DNA of 63,825 nt, counting the filler, from Octopus bimaculoides (lineage: Eukaryota): NCBI RefSeq assembly GCF_001194135.2. It is 6 parts of 6 records of this genome, joined end to end, with 100 filler letters (N's around TTAATTAATTAA, not from the genome) between each part and the next. Parts side by side here need not be neighbours in the genome. Positions count along the whole stretch, not along the records: positions 51,323 to 55,410 come from NC_068997.1; positions 55,511 to 62,268 come from NW_026395732.1; positions 62,369 to 63,825 come from NW_026298778.1; 3 more parts are not named here. One strand, written 5' to 3'. Position 1 is the first letter of the stretch, and every line of letters starts with the position of its first letter. The position numbers were made by a program, and so were the translations under genes. Under the pieces are notes generated by a model. That model searched no databases, was not told the origin of the DNA, and was given only the letters and a program-made list of their open reading frames with translations. Shown in pieces: positions 51,873-62,699 of this stretch.

Positions 51873-52086
51873 GTCACACCTGCTATTTATAATTCTTTGA
51901 ATACCACTATTGTGGTTAAATAATTGTGAAATGCCAATGGTTTTATTAAACTAATTACTTGGTTAGTAACATGAAACACTAAGTTCAGCTAACTTCAATG
52001 CAAATGACTTGTAAAGTCTCTACATTGGAATTCTAGAGCCAAATTCTGTTTAGAGTACAAATATGAAACACTGGAAGAAGTCATAC

Positions 52087-52168
52087 CATCTTTCTTTACT
52101 TCAGCCTTTTCTACTTTCTTTTCTCCTGGTTTTGATACTGGTGCGTTAGTGTTAGGTTCTTTTCTAGC
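52087..52168 (-). CDS. SAFB: SAFB-like exon after the RRM (ARKEPNTNAPVSKPGEKKVEKAEVKKD)
   Basis: poly-T + ag acceptor, gtatga donor, 82 nt. ARKEP corresponds to SAFB AKNEP directly after the RRM. Confidence 0.8.
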
Positions 52169-52639
52169 CTAAAAAAAAAACAGGAAATATTATTTATGAC
52201 ATCTCATCTCTAAACCCTTATTAACGATGTAGTTGTACTGCCTTCAAACACATACATACATTTACCATCACACATCTTTCTAACAACACATTATTACTAA
52301 TATCATTATATGTTATACTTACACACACACACACACACAAATCACAACCATGACCATCATCAGTCTAGCAGTTGAGATATTCATGTTGGAGAAGAAAGCA
52401 GTAAAACTTCTCTGCATCATACAATCCAGGGCTAATACAATCCACAAGCTTAAATGGGAATTCAAGAGCTTGAGATGTTAGCTCAAAAAGGCAAGGAGAC
52501 CTCCCAATAAAAGTTCATGGCCCTTAGAGCTGAATAGCAAAGGAGACAATAGACTAGGAAGCAAGCTACTTTTCAAGCAAACACATGTGGGTTTACAAAA
52601 TATTTGTTGGGGCAAGGGTCAACTCACTTACTCCAGAAG

Positions 52640-53460
52640 CATGATCGATTCATATGAGAGTTACTTTAAAAAGTGAGTTCAGGGACCACGACATAAGCCA
52701 CTTAAAGCCCTTGAGCAATCCATCTTCACCAGCTCTGGAATTTGACAACAAAGGATCAAGTTAGAAAGAGGTCTTGGAAATGGTTAAGAAGGTAAAGGGC
52801 AGGTTAAGCCCCAGATGATGATCAATACCTTACAGAGAATTCAGTAAAGCCCTGAAGGTAATATGGAAGAAGATTGGGGTACCTCATCAGTGGTAGTGTG
52901 AAGAAGTGGTGTTGAAAGGAAGTTATTCCTCTGCACTGTTGCTAGCCACCTGACAAATTACCTCCAATGGAACTTCTATGTTGATACTTCAGTTCTTAAA
53001 GGACATCAGGGTGTCTGGAGTACTCCAGTATGGTTAATCAGTTGATCAGAGAAATCTTCAACAACAAGAGACCTAGTACTATTGTGGCTGGACCTTACAA
53101 ATGTCTATGGGTTTTTTACTCTATAAGCTGATTGAAGAGGCTTTAAACAGGCACCATGTTCTTCACAAATTAAAAGACATCATTCTGGATTACTGCCACA
53201 ACAGCTTCAGTCTGAGAGTCTCTGTCAGCTTTACAATATCAGAGTGGCACAAATCAAGAAGTGTACTGTAACTAAAAATACCATTTCAGTGATCCTTAAC
53301 ATACATGCTATGAACATGCTGATAAGCTGGTTGATGTATAGTGTAGAGGACTGCTCACCAACACTGGTGTCTAACAGGTTCCCATTAAGGACATACTGAC
53401 TATGAAACAAAATTTGTTGTGAAGTACCAGGAGAATCATGAAGGGCTTTGATGAACTAAT
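52640..53460 (+). mobile_element. Degenerate HERO-like RT fragment inside a SAFB intron
   Basis: DLVLLWLDLTNVYG..KLIEEALNRHHV..K.KDIILDY..., ISVIL...MNML, CRG.LT.TGV...PI motifs. Confidence 0.7.
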
Positions 53461-53674
53461 GACCGGGGTTTTCATCTTCAAGAGTTGAACAACATATACA
53501 TTTCTCAATAACTGACCATAATTGATGATCTCAACCTTACTCTAAAGATGACCGATATCTATTTCGAATGCTGAACATCTGTGTCTAACAGTTGACAATA
53601 AAATGCTGATAACAATTAATTCAGTAGTTGATAAATGGGTCTGTAAACAAAATAACGAACTTAGGATAACTCAC

Positions 53675-53824
53675 CCTTTCAACTGATATCATCTGGCCAT
53701 GCAGTTCGGTCTGATTCAAATGTTGAATACATTTAGAAGCTTCATGTGAAGAAGACATAGTTACAAAACCATAACATCGAGCACCAGGGCTTCGTGCATT
53801 TGTTACTACTTTGGCACCAACAAC
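53675..53824 (-). CDS. SAFB: SAFB/SLTM-like RRM, C-terminal half ([50 protein letters not shown])
   Basis: catcag acceptor, gtgagt donor, 150 nt phase 0-0. [23 protein letters not shown] matches vertebrate SAFB as recalled. Confidence 0.95.
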
Positions 53825-54163
53825 CTGATGTAAACAAAAACAAAAACTAAATTAAATTTTATACACAATAATTTACTTGGGTAATTATTCAGCCCAATAC
53901 TCATCAATATTACCAATACTAGATTATTTCTGAAATAATTTTTAGAATGATATTGTAGATTAAAAGTAGTAAATATTTTAAATAGTTTAAGTAAAACTCT
54001 TTACATGAAGGATTTTTAAAAATTAGTTTAGTCAGTGTGCATGTTTAGAGTGTAAACACACACTAGACTAGTATAAATAGTGTGAACATAAGTACTAATT
54101 AGTAATAAATATGATTAGTAACAAATCACATGAAAGGAAAGAAACAGATTTTATTCAACATAC

Positions 54164-54258
54164 CTTGCCATATTTGGTAAAAAGCACTTTAAGGTCTGTA
54201 GCACGGGTACTTGTGGCAAGACCACTGATCCACAGATTCCGATTGCTTTGGTCATTGC
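54164..54258 (-). CDS. SAFB: SAFB/SLTM-like RRM, N-terminal half ([31 protein letters not shown])
   Basis: taatag acceptor, gtatgt donor, 95 nt. RNLW.SGL..TTRATDLK.LF.KYGK is diagnostic of the SAFB/SLTM RRM. Confidence 0.92.
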
Positions 54259-54407
54259 CTATTAAGCACAGAAATAAACTAATATGAAAAGATTACCAGG
54301 AAACCAGACCCTGTAAGATTAAAATTTCAAATACCTCACATTGAAAACATAAGCTTAGTGAATAATAAGATTCAGAAAATGTAGAAAAAAAAAACAAACA
54401 AACTTAC

Positions 54408-54448
54408 TTCTGATATTCTTGATAACTTTGGGTTTAGAAGCTGAAGAA
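54408..54448 (-). CDS. SAFB: Probable small exon of SAFB/SLTM-like gene (SSASKPKVIKNIR)
   Basis: ttattgttgtag acceptor, gtaagt donor, 41 nt, phase-compatible with the next exon and free of stops. No conserved motif. Confidence 0.55.
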
Positions 54449-55410
54449 CTACAACAATAAAACAATCATTGAGAAACATCAGTATGAGGATTAACACTAA
54501 TGAATGTCATAGAAGTGTATTGGAACAATTTTTCATCATTCATATGAATTAAACATAATTAGCAAAGTCAAACAATATCGCTCCATTCTAGAACCCTAAC
54601 TCTAAATAGATTTGTAGAGATACATATTTAAGAAAACAAATAAGGGCTATGTGTGCATATAGACACATACATGCACACTTCTAAAAGAAATTCTTATTAT
54701 GTAAGAGAGAAAGAATGATGTAATGAAATAACTAATATTTAGCAAAGCATAGATGTTCCACACACTATGTAGTAATATAAATATTTATATTAACATCATA
54801 TTGCATATAGGGGAAAGCATAATGATGGAAGAAGCTTACCTGCTACAAAGATGTGTTTTTGTAATAGACATTTATTATCCCTTTCAGGAATAAATGAATA
54901 CAAAAGACACTAACTTCAAATGAAGATATTGGTTAAGACAATAAATGGATTACCTAAACTAGCTAACAACTGACACTACACATCAAGTGACTAACGCTTA
55001 TGACGAAAAATGTACAAAAATACAGGAACTATAGTCTTCATGCAGCTAAAAAGGGGTCAGCAAGAAATGTGGAACTCCCTAAACATTAACTGCTAATTTA
55101 GCAGGAACATGGCTGGAATACAGGAATCTTAAACTCAGTCTTCATGCTTTCCAAACATCTTCCAATTTGTATCTTGTCAAAATCATTTATTATCTAACAT
55201 CGACTAAGTCCTGTCATTTTATTCTTGGGAACTTCGGGATCCCTCCTCCTTCTCCTCCTCCGCTTCAATTGTAGTTGCCATCTTCAACAAAACAGATAAC
55301 TTGGCTTCTTGATATTGGTTAATCTGTTCCTGTGGAGAATGCGTCAGTAATTTGGTAATCATTTAACATCTGACTTTGAGCATGTGTAATTATATTTTTC
55401 AACTGAGTCT

Positions 55411-55510
55411 NNNNNNNNNNNNNNNNNNNNNNNNNNNNNNNNNNNNNNNNNNNNTTAATTAATTAANNNNNNNNNNNNNNNNNNNNNNNNNNNNNNNNNN
55501 NNNNNNNNNN
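55411..55510. other. Artificial scaffold join
   Basis: Same 44+12+44 structure. Confidence 0.95.
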
Positions 55511-55773
55511 ATGATGATGATGATGATGATGATATTTATATTTATTTGTTATTTCATTTCCAAATAAGGAATCGGTAGAGTTAATTAAATCATTTTCTCA
55601 ATCAAACTCAGAGATTCTATTTCCTTTACATCTGATATCTTGAGTATATCCTTTGTTAACTTTAACAACCTCAGATTTACTACAACCATTCTGTAGAGCC
55701 TTTCTTAACAACAATATCCTATCTTCTCTCCATGGAATGTTCCTTGGTTGTTTACCATAAATTACTTTTTTAG

Positions 55774-56001
55774 GTTGATGTCATCGTTAACAGCACCAAT
55801 AAACAGCTCCAGCTTCAGAGAGGTGCTATTTCCACATTTATTCTCAAAGATGCTGGTCCCCAGATACAAAATGAATGTAGCCAGAAATATCCTCGAGGTA
55901 TTTCTTCATCTGAAATAGCCATCACTAAAGGATATAACCTCAAATGTAAGAATGTATTTCATCTGGCATTACGCTTTTGGAATGAAGATTCCCCTGATTC
56001 A
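55774..56001 (+). CDS. Macro-domain exon, PARP14/9/15-like (VDVIVNSTNKQLQLQRGAISTFILKDAGPQIQNEC...HLALRFWNEDSPDS)
   Basis: tttttag acceptor, gtaagt donor, 228 nt phase 0-0. D.IVNS, G.IS..IL..AG..IQ.EC macro motifs. Absent from the ORF track. Confidence 0.9.
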
Positions 56002-56884
56002 GTAAGTAACANNNNNNNNNNNNNNNNNNNNNNNNNNNNNNNNNNNNNNNNNNNNNNNNNNNNNNNNNNNNNNNNNNNNNNNNNNNNNNNNNNNNNNNNN
56101 NNNNNNNNNNNNNNNNNNNNNNNNNNNNNNNNNNNNNNNNNNNNNNNNNNNNNNNNNNNNNNNNNNNNNNNNNNNNNNNNNNNNNNNNNNNNNNNNNNNN
56201 NNNNNNNNNNNNNNNNNNNNNNNNNNNNNNNNNNNNNNNNNNNNNNNNNNNNNNNNNNNNNNNNNNNNNNNNNNNNNNNNNNNNNNNNNNNNNNNNNNNN
56301 NNNNNNNNNNNNNNNNNNNNNNNNNNNNNNNNNNNNNNNNNNNNNNNNNNNNNNNNNNNNNNNNNNNNNNNNNNNNNNNNNNNNNNNNNNNNNNNNNNNN
56401 NNNNNNNNNNNNNNNNNNNNNNNNNNNNNNNNNNNNNNNNNNNNNNNNNNNNNNNNNNNNNNNNNNNNNNNNNNNNNNNNNNNATGTAGACTCTATTCTA
56501 GATATTCCCTGAACATTTCAACTAAACTATAGTCTCTTCTGTGCAGTGTAGAGTCTTTTGTGTCTGTGATGCCCTGCCTTGTGGGTTGTTTTGTTGATTC
56601 TTACAGTATGTTCTCATCCAGATTTCCCTCTTGTAAATAATAATTAATCTCTCCTCTTCCCTATTATTGTTTTTGTTAATTACAAAATTCCACTTGAATT
56701 ACACCAAATCTTAGAACATTACTCTTTTCATTCATGGCATCCATGTCTTCACTCGGCCAGACTTCCTCCTATCACATGATCTGAGCTATCCTTCTGTCAC
56801 ATGATCTGTGTTAATCCAATGACCACATGATCTGTTAATCCAATAATCTCTAGAAGTTGTTTAATGCTATTCTAACCAAAATCA

Positions 56885-58010
56885 TCATCATCATCATCAT
56901 TTAACCATGCTGCTCTCCATGCTGGCACGAGTTGGGCATTCTAACTGTGACTGATAAGCTGAACAGGTGCACCAGGTTCCAATTGTCTGATTTGGCATGG
57001 TTTCTGCAGCTGGATGTTCTTCCTAACGCTAACCATTCCAGGAGTGTAATGGGTGCTGCTTTTACGTGCCACCAGCATGGGTGCCATTCACATAAGACCG
57101 ACAACAGCCACAACTATGATTCATGGATGGGTACCGTTTATATGGCACTGGCAACAACTATGAATATGATGCACAGGTGCCATTTATATGGCAACGACAG
57201 TGATCATGACTACAATGCATAGGTGCCATTTGCATGGCATCACCATTGGTCACAATTGGTACAATTACATGGTACCATCGATGACCACAAGTACGGTGCA
57301 TGGGTGTCATTTACATGACACTGGTATGGCCACAACTTGATGGGTTTTCTCAAGCACAGCATATCGCCAAAAGTCTCCGTCACTAGTGATTGCCTGTGTG
57401 AGGCCCAACATTCAAAGATCATGCTTCACCACCTCATCCCATGTCTTCCTGGGTCCACCTCTTCCACAGGTTCCCTCCACTGTTAGTGATCAGCATTTCT
57501 TAACACAGCTATTCACATCCATACACATCACATGACCATACCAATGCAGTTGTGTCTCTTGTACACCACATCTGATGCCCCTTATGGCCATTTTTTTCTC
57601 TCAACTCTCAAGACACTTACACTCTGTCGTACATGCACAATGACATTGCACATCCAGTGAAGCACACTAGCTTCATGGTCTTTTGTTACCAGCAGAAGTA
57701 GGAGCTCTCTGAACTTGGCCCAGCCTAGTCTTCTTATTCTAGCAGCTACACTCTCGGGGCATCCACCTCTGCTACTAACTTGGTCACCTAGATAATGGAA
57801 GCTATCAACCACTTCTAGCTTTCCCCACTGGCAGTTGATGCAATCTCTTTTCTGTACATTTTTACTGTTTATTGCACCTTCCACACATAAAAACTATCAT
57901 CCTGGTTAACCTTCCTTTGATATTGCTGTACCTCTTATGTGTACCCAGCTTACACCGGGTACATCTTATGGAGTTTCTACCTACACCTTTTCTAAAGATC
58001 AAGCAGGGCC
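56885..58010 (-). mobile_element. RTE-clade LINE, 3' part, antisense in macro-domain gene intron
   Basis: LEVVDSFHYLGDQVSS.GGC..SV.ARIR.GWAKFREL, plus 3' UTR ending in (GAT)n. Confidence 0.88.
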
Positions 58011-58120
58011 ATCTAACTAAAGGGGGATTATATTTATTACAACTTAATGGTTTCTTTCTGTAATAAGAAAATCATTTAATAAAATGTTCATTGTCAATTA
58101 CAAAACAATTATTTTTTTAG

Positions 58121-58348
58121 ATTCTGGCAAACTTGACTCAAATAATAACCAATTGTCTAGAAACTGCTGAGAGAATGGGAGCAAAAAGCCTTGCATTTCC
58201 TATATTAGGGACTGGAAAAATGAGGTACCCCATTGAAAAACTACCTGGAATTATGTATGAAGCAGTGAAAAACTACTCAAATGTAAATCCAAGCCAGATC
58301 AAAGATGTTTACTTTGTTGTTTTTCCTACAGAGACAAAAATAATAAAG
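58121..58348 (+). CDS. Macro-domain exon (ILANLTQIITNCLETAERMGAKSLAFPILGTGKMRYP...IKDVYFVVFPTETKIIK)
   Basis: tttttag acceptor, gttagt donor, 228 nt phase 0-0. S.AFP..GTG motif and terminal V.FVVF strand. Confidence 0.92.
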
Positions 58349-58559
58349 GTTAGTTGATGTATTTGTTTGTTGTTTTATGTTGAAATTTTTAGAATTTGCA
58401 AAAAATATATTTTGAAATAAACAAAGGAAATAGAAAGCAAAATAAAACATGGAATCATCATCATCATCACCATCATCATCATTTAACATCTGGTTTCCTT
58501 GCTGGCATGGGTTGGACATTTTGACAGCACTATAGGAAAAAATTTGCTAATGTTCTGTG

Positions 58560-60160
58560 CTGTGAGGACCAAAGACTTGAAGTGTTTCATGTTGCAAGAC
58601 AGTGTGTGAAAGAGAATCATAATGTCATAGGAGAGAAATGTGTCTGCATGGATGATGGCTCACTTGTGTTCATTGAGGCTGCAAAGAGAGAGACTTGGAG
58701 ACGCCACTATGAAAAGTTTCTGAATGAAGAGAACGAATGGGAGAAAGAGAGTCTGCCAAATGTCGACCCAACAGAGGGACTAGCTATCCCAATTGACAGT
58801 ACCATGGTAGATAAAGCAATTAAGGGTATGAAGATAGGGAAAGCCCTTGGCCCATCAGGAATCACCGCAGAGATGGTGTCAGCTATAGTCTAGTCACCCG
58901 TATAGTCAATCAGGTGATACACGAAGGAGTCATACCCAATGACTGGTGTAGCAGCACCATAGTCAACTGCTACAAAGGTAAAGGTGATGCATTAGATAGA
59001 AATAATTACAGTTGTTGGATCAGGTAATGAAAGTCATGGAGAGGGTCATAGCCCAACTAATTAGGGTGGGAGTCAGTTTAGACGAGATGCAGTTTGGGTT
59101 TGTGCCAGGGAAAAGCACCACTGATGCTATATTTCTGGTAAGACAGCTGTAGGGGAAATACCTAGCCAAAGATAAACCTCTGTACCTGGCTTTCGTTGAC
59201 ATGGAGAAAGCCTTTGACAGGGTCCCCCGATCCCTCATCTGGTGGTCAATGAGGAAACTAGGGATAGAAGAATGGTTAGTGAGAGCTGTGCGAGCCATGT
59301 ATTGGGATGCTGTTAGTAAGATGAGGGTTGGCAATGAGTACAGTGAAGAACTCCGGATAGAGGTAGGGGTTCACCAAGGATCAATCTTCAGCTCCCTCTC
59401 ATAGTCCTTCAGACAATAACAGAGGAATTCAAGACAGGAAGCCCCTGGGAGCTTCTCTATGCTGATGACCTTGCTCTAATAGCTGAGTCACTATCAGAAC
59501 CAGAGGAGAAGTTTCAGGTGTGGAAGCAAGGTCTAGATTCGAAGGACCTTAGAGTCAATCTGGCCTATGCCAGTGCAGCATAAATAGCCCATTTAAGAGT
59601 ACCCTTCAATCATTGGGCAATAAAACTATGCTTGCGAAGACCTGTTGAGGCAAGCGAAATTGTTGTCGTGGCCGATGACAGTACTGTTTGATTGGCACCC
59701 ATGCCGGTGGCACGTTAAAAGCACCATTCGAGCATGATTATTGCCAGTGCCACCTGACTGGCTCCCATGCTGGTGGTATGTAAAAAGCACCATTCGAGTT
59801 TAGTCGATGCCAGTGCCAGCTTACTGGTCCCATACCAATGGCACATAAAAAAGCACCATCCGAGCATGGTTGTTGCCAGTGCCGCCTGACTGGCTCATGT
59901 GCTAGTGGCATATAAAAAGCACCATCCAAATGTGGTCGATGCCAGTGCCACCTGACTGGTCCTCATGCCAGTGGCACTTAAAAGCACCCACTACACTCTC
60001 AGAGTTGTTTGTGTTAAGAAGGGCATTCGGCTGTAGAAACTTTGCCAGATCGGATTGGAACCTAGTGCAACCTTCTGGCTTGCCAGCTGTCAGCCAAACC
60101 GTCCAACCCATGCCAGCATGGAAAGCGGACGTTAAACGACAATGATGATGATGATGATGA
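58560..60160 (+). mobile_element. RTE-clade LINE, RT to 3' UTR, internally deleted
   Basis: GPSGITAEM, MQFGFVPGKSTTDAIF, FVDMEKAFDRVP, VGVHQGS, LYADDL, plus 3' UTR with tandem repeats and (GAT)n tail. Confidence 0.92.
59695..59990 (+). repeat. About 62-bp tandem repeat (4-5 units) in the RTE 3' UTR
   Basis: Recurring AAAAGCACCAT(T/C)C...TGCCAGTGCC...ACTGG units. Confidence 0.85.
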
Positions 60161-60164
60161 TAAA

Positions 60165-60505
60165 ACAGTGGACCATGTTCACCAAAGAACTCATATGTGC
60201 CTCATCCTTGCTATACAGCTTCAAATCATCCATAAAGTGGAAGTGGTTGATCGTTTGAGATTTTCCCTTTCGTTGAAGGCCCAGGTTCATTTTCCTGAGT
60301 GCCAAGGTCAGAGGGATCACACAAAGAACAAAATACAACAGAGATAAGCTATTGCTTTGGAAAATCCCTCTTCTGGTGCCCAGAGTGCCCAAGTTTTTTT
60401 TCCATAGGATGTCGACTCAGTTTTCCAACTCACCATACATCTCTTCAGAAAACATGTTAGATTTCTCGCAATTCCAAACAAATCTAAGCACTTGGTGATC
60501 CACAT
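60165..60505 (-). mobile_element. Dong/R4-like RT fragment between (GAT)n and (TTA)n
   Basis: RRGIFQSNSLSLLYF...INHFHFMDDLKLY. Confidence 0.85.
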
Positions 60506-60507
60506 TA

Positions 60508-60542
<35 letters not shown>

Positions 60543-60629
60543 TATTAATATTATCATTATTTCAGAGACAGATTTAGAAAAGATACAATAAATGTAGCAA
60601 AAAAAAAACTGTAGTGGTATCTTCATCAT

Positions 60630-60990
60630 CATCATCATCATCAAAACATCCACTTTTCTGTGCCTGCATGGGTTGGATGGAATTTGTTGAGGTGGATTTT
60701 TTATGGCTTGATGCCTTTCCTGTCACCAACCCTCACCTCTTTCCAAGGGAGGTAACTATTTCCCCATTTTACAAAATATCACAAAATATTAGAAACAAAG
60801 GACACCGCTTGCATAACAGGGAAGCTCGCCTACAACTATCACACAATGTCAAGGCAAGGAAACACACACACACACACACATGTATGACAGGCTTCTTTCA
60901 GTTTCTGCTTACCAAACCCATTCACTGGGCTTTGTTTGGCCTAAGGCTGTAGTCGAAGAAACTTGTCCAAGGTGCCATACATTGAGACTG
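60630..60990 (-). mobile_element. Composite SINE with RTE-type tail
   Basis: Same architecture as 51415-51872. Confidence 0.65.
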
Positions 60991-61320
60991 GACCTAAATC
61001 AAAGCAATTAAAAATAATATCAACAGAAGCAGTATTAATACAAAGAGGCAATCTTAACATCCAACTAAATGTGGATGTTGTGTTAGAGCACCAAATACTG
61101 TATTATTTACCTTGAAAGGACCTCTAATATGGACACATGGTGCATAAAAGCACTCACATTTATATTGTTGGCAGATGACAATCATCCATCTACTGGCACC
61201 AGAACTGCCAGATCATGTATTTTCGCTCAGTGACAGATATCCAATAGCGACACCATAGCCGAATCTCACTGTCAACGATATATACATTTTCATGTCTTTT
61301 CAGTCATTGATGTTGCAAAT

Positions 61321-61440
61321 AGCCAGAAGGCTTATTAAAGCTAATTAATAGTCAGAAGGTTTATTAGAAATAATTGATAGCCAGAAGGTTTATTAAAGAT
61401 AATGAATAGCCTAAAGGTCTATTAAAAATCATAACGATAG
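61321..61440 (+). repeat. 29-bp minisatellite, 4 units
   Basis: AG(C/T)CAGAAGG(C/T)TTATTA... repeated at 29-nt spacing. Confidence 0.85.
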
Positions 61441-62107
61441 AAGCAGTATTAATACCAAAATTTAATCTTCACGTCTTTCCACTGTACCAAAAAGATGGAG
61501 GAAATTTCTGCCCACTGTAAAACTGTTTGTGAACGTTTTTTCTCTTTGAATCTTTTCTCTTTTCTTTGTTATGAAAGACCAAGGTGTGAATTGTCACGTT
61601 TCCTCTCATTCTTCCTTACAATGTAAAAATAATTACCTTCTACTCCTGTTTGTTCCTGAAATAGTTTTGGTCAAACAGGATGTAACAAGAAAACCCCCAA
61701 ATTCAACATTCTTGATAGACATTTTGACTGCGAACACAAGGTCCAACAGTTCTAACCATGATGGTAACTGGAGAGAAAAGACAGTGGAACTTCAGCTACA
61801 TGAAGACACCATTACCACATGTTTAACTTCACTAATACCACATCAGTGGCCATGTAAAGTGTGGGAGGTTTTTCTGCTGTATCCACTGTATTACCATTAT
61901 TGACACAGGTCTCATGTCTCCCAAAAGACAGGAAGGCCATGGATGCAATATCTAAGTAAATTTCCTCGTTTCCTTATTACTAATTAGAAATAAATCATTA
62001 GACATTCCAAATATTTTGTTTGTCTGTTGTTAAATTAAATCTATTCTTTTTGCAAAAATGGGAAAATAAAACATAAAAATGATTCTCATTGTTATTTGTT
62101 TTCACAG

Positions 62108-62159
62108 ATATTTGCTGAATATCTAAATAGACAGGAAAATGAAGGATTTCATTCAAAAG
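62108..62159 (+). CDS. Exon ending the macro domain (IFAEYLNRQENEGFHSK)
   Basis: ttttcacag acceptor, gtaaac donor, 52 nt. Gives the expected final F...L helix of the macro fold. Confidence 0.7.
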
Positions 62160-62223
62160 GTAAACAATTTGTTAATATTGAATATCATGGTGCTTTGTTG
62201 TGTCTTCTCTACTGAACATCCAG

Positions 62224-62268
<45 letters not shown>

Positions 62269-62368
62269 NNNNNNNNNNNNNNNNNNNNNNNNNNNNNNNN
62301 NNNNNNNNNNNNTTAATTAATTAANNNNNNNNNNNNNNNNNNNNNNNNNNNNNNNNNNNNNNNNNNNN
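62269..62368. other. Artificial scaffold join
   Basis: Same 44+12+44 structure. Confidence 0.95.
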
Positions 62369-62429
62369 TATATTTCTGCTGCTTTTAAATAAAGTATATA
62401 TATATATATATATGTACATAGATGCATAC

Positions 62430-62690
62430 ATGTGTACTGGGCGTCAGTAAACGAAAACAACATGAAATACGAAAACAAGTTGGGTACACAAACAACGAGT
62501 GAAATAAATGGAAAAAAGACAAGTAACATAAGAAGGACCCATCATCAGTTGTCGATCATTGAACGACAATATGAGACTTCGAAGGCAGCTGCTCCCACAA
62601 AAGCCAAAATAAATTTTTTCTATTTTGCGTAGGGTGAAAGTTCGTAACAAAAACAGGTCAGTGGAGACATACAAGGAAACACACACGGGG
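62430..62690 (-). mobile_element. Subfamily-2 repeat copy with internal deletion
   Basis: Homologous to 556-830 on both sides of the motif. Confidence 0.7.
62537..62585 (-). ncRNA. Permuted hammerhead motif (subfamily 2) with the GAAA strand deleted
   Basis: CUCAU-A-UUGUCG-uucaaugau-CGACAA-CUGAUGA-UGGGU. Perfect 6-bp stem I, middle segment lost. Confidence 0.45.
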
Positions 62691-62699
62691 CTCGTTAGA

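Noticed and set aside
54835-54900. Additional SAFB exon ending at a gtaagc donor
   Set aside because: The phase required by the next exon contains a stop shortly upstream, and there is no good acceptor.
59695-59990. CRISPR-like repeat/spacer appearance
   Set aside because: The 'spacers' are related to each other. It is a degenerate tandem repeat in an RTE 3' UTR in a eukaryote, with no cas genes.
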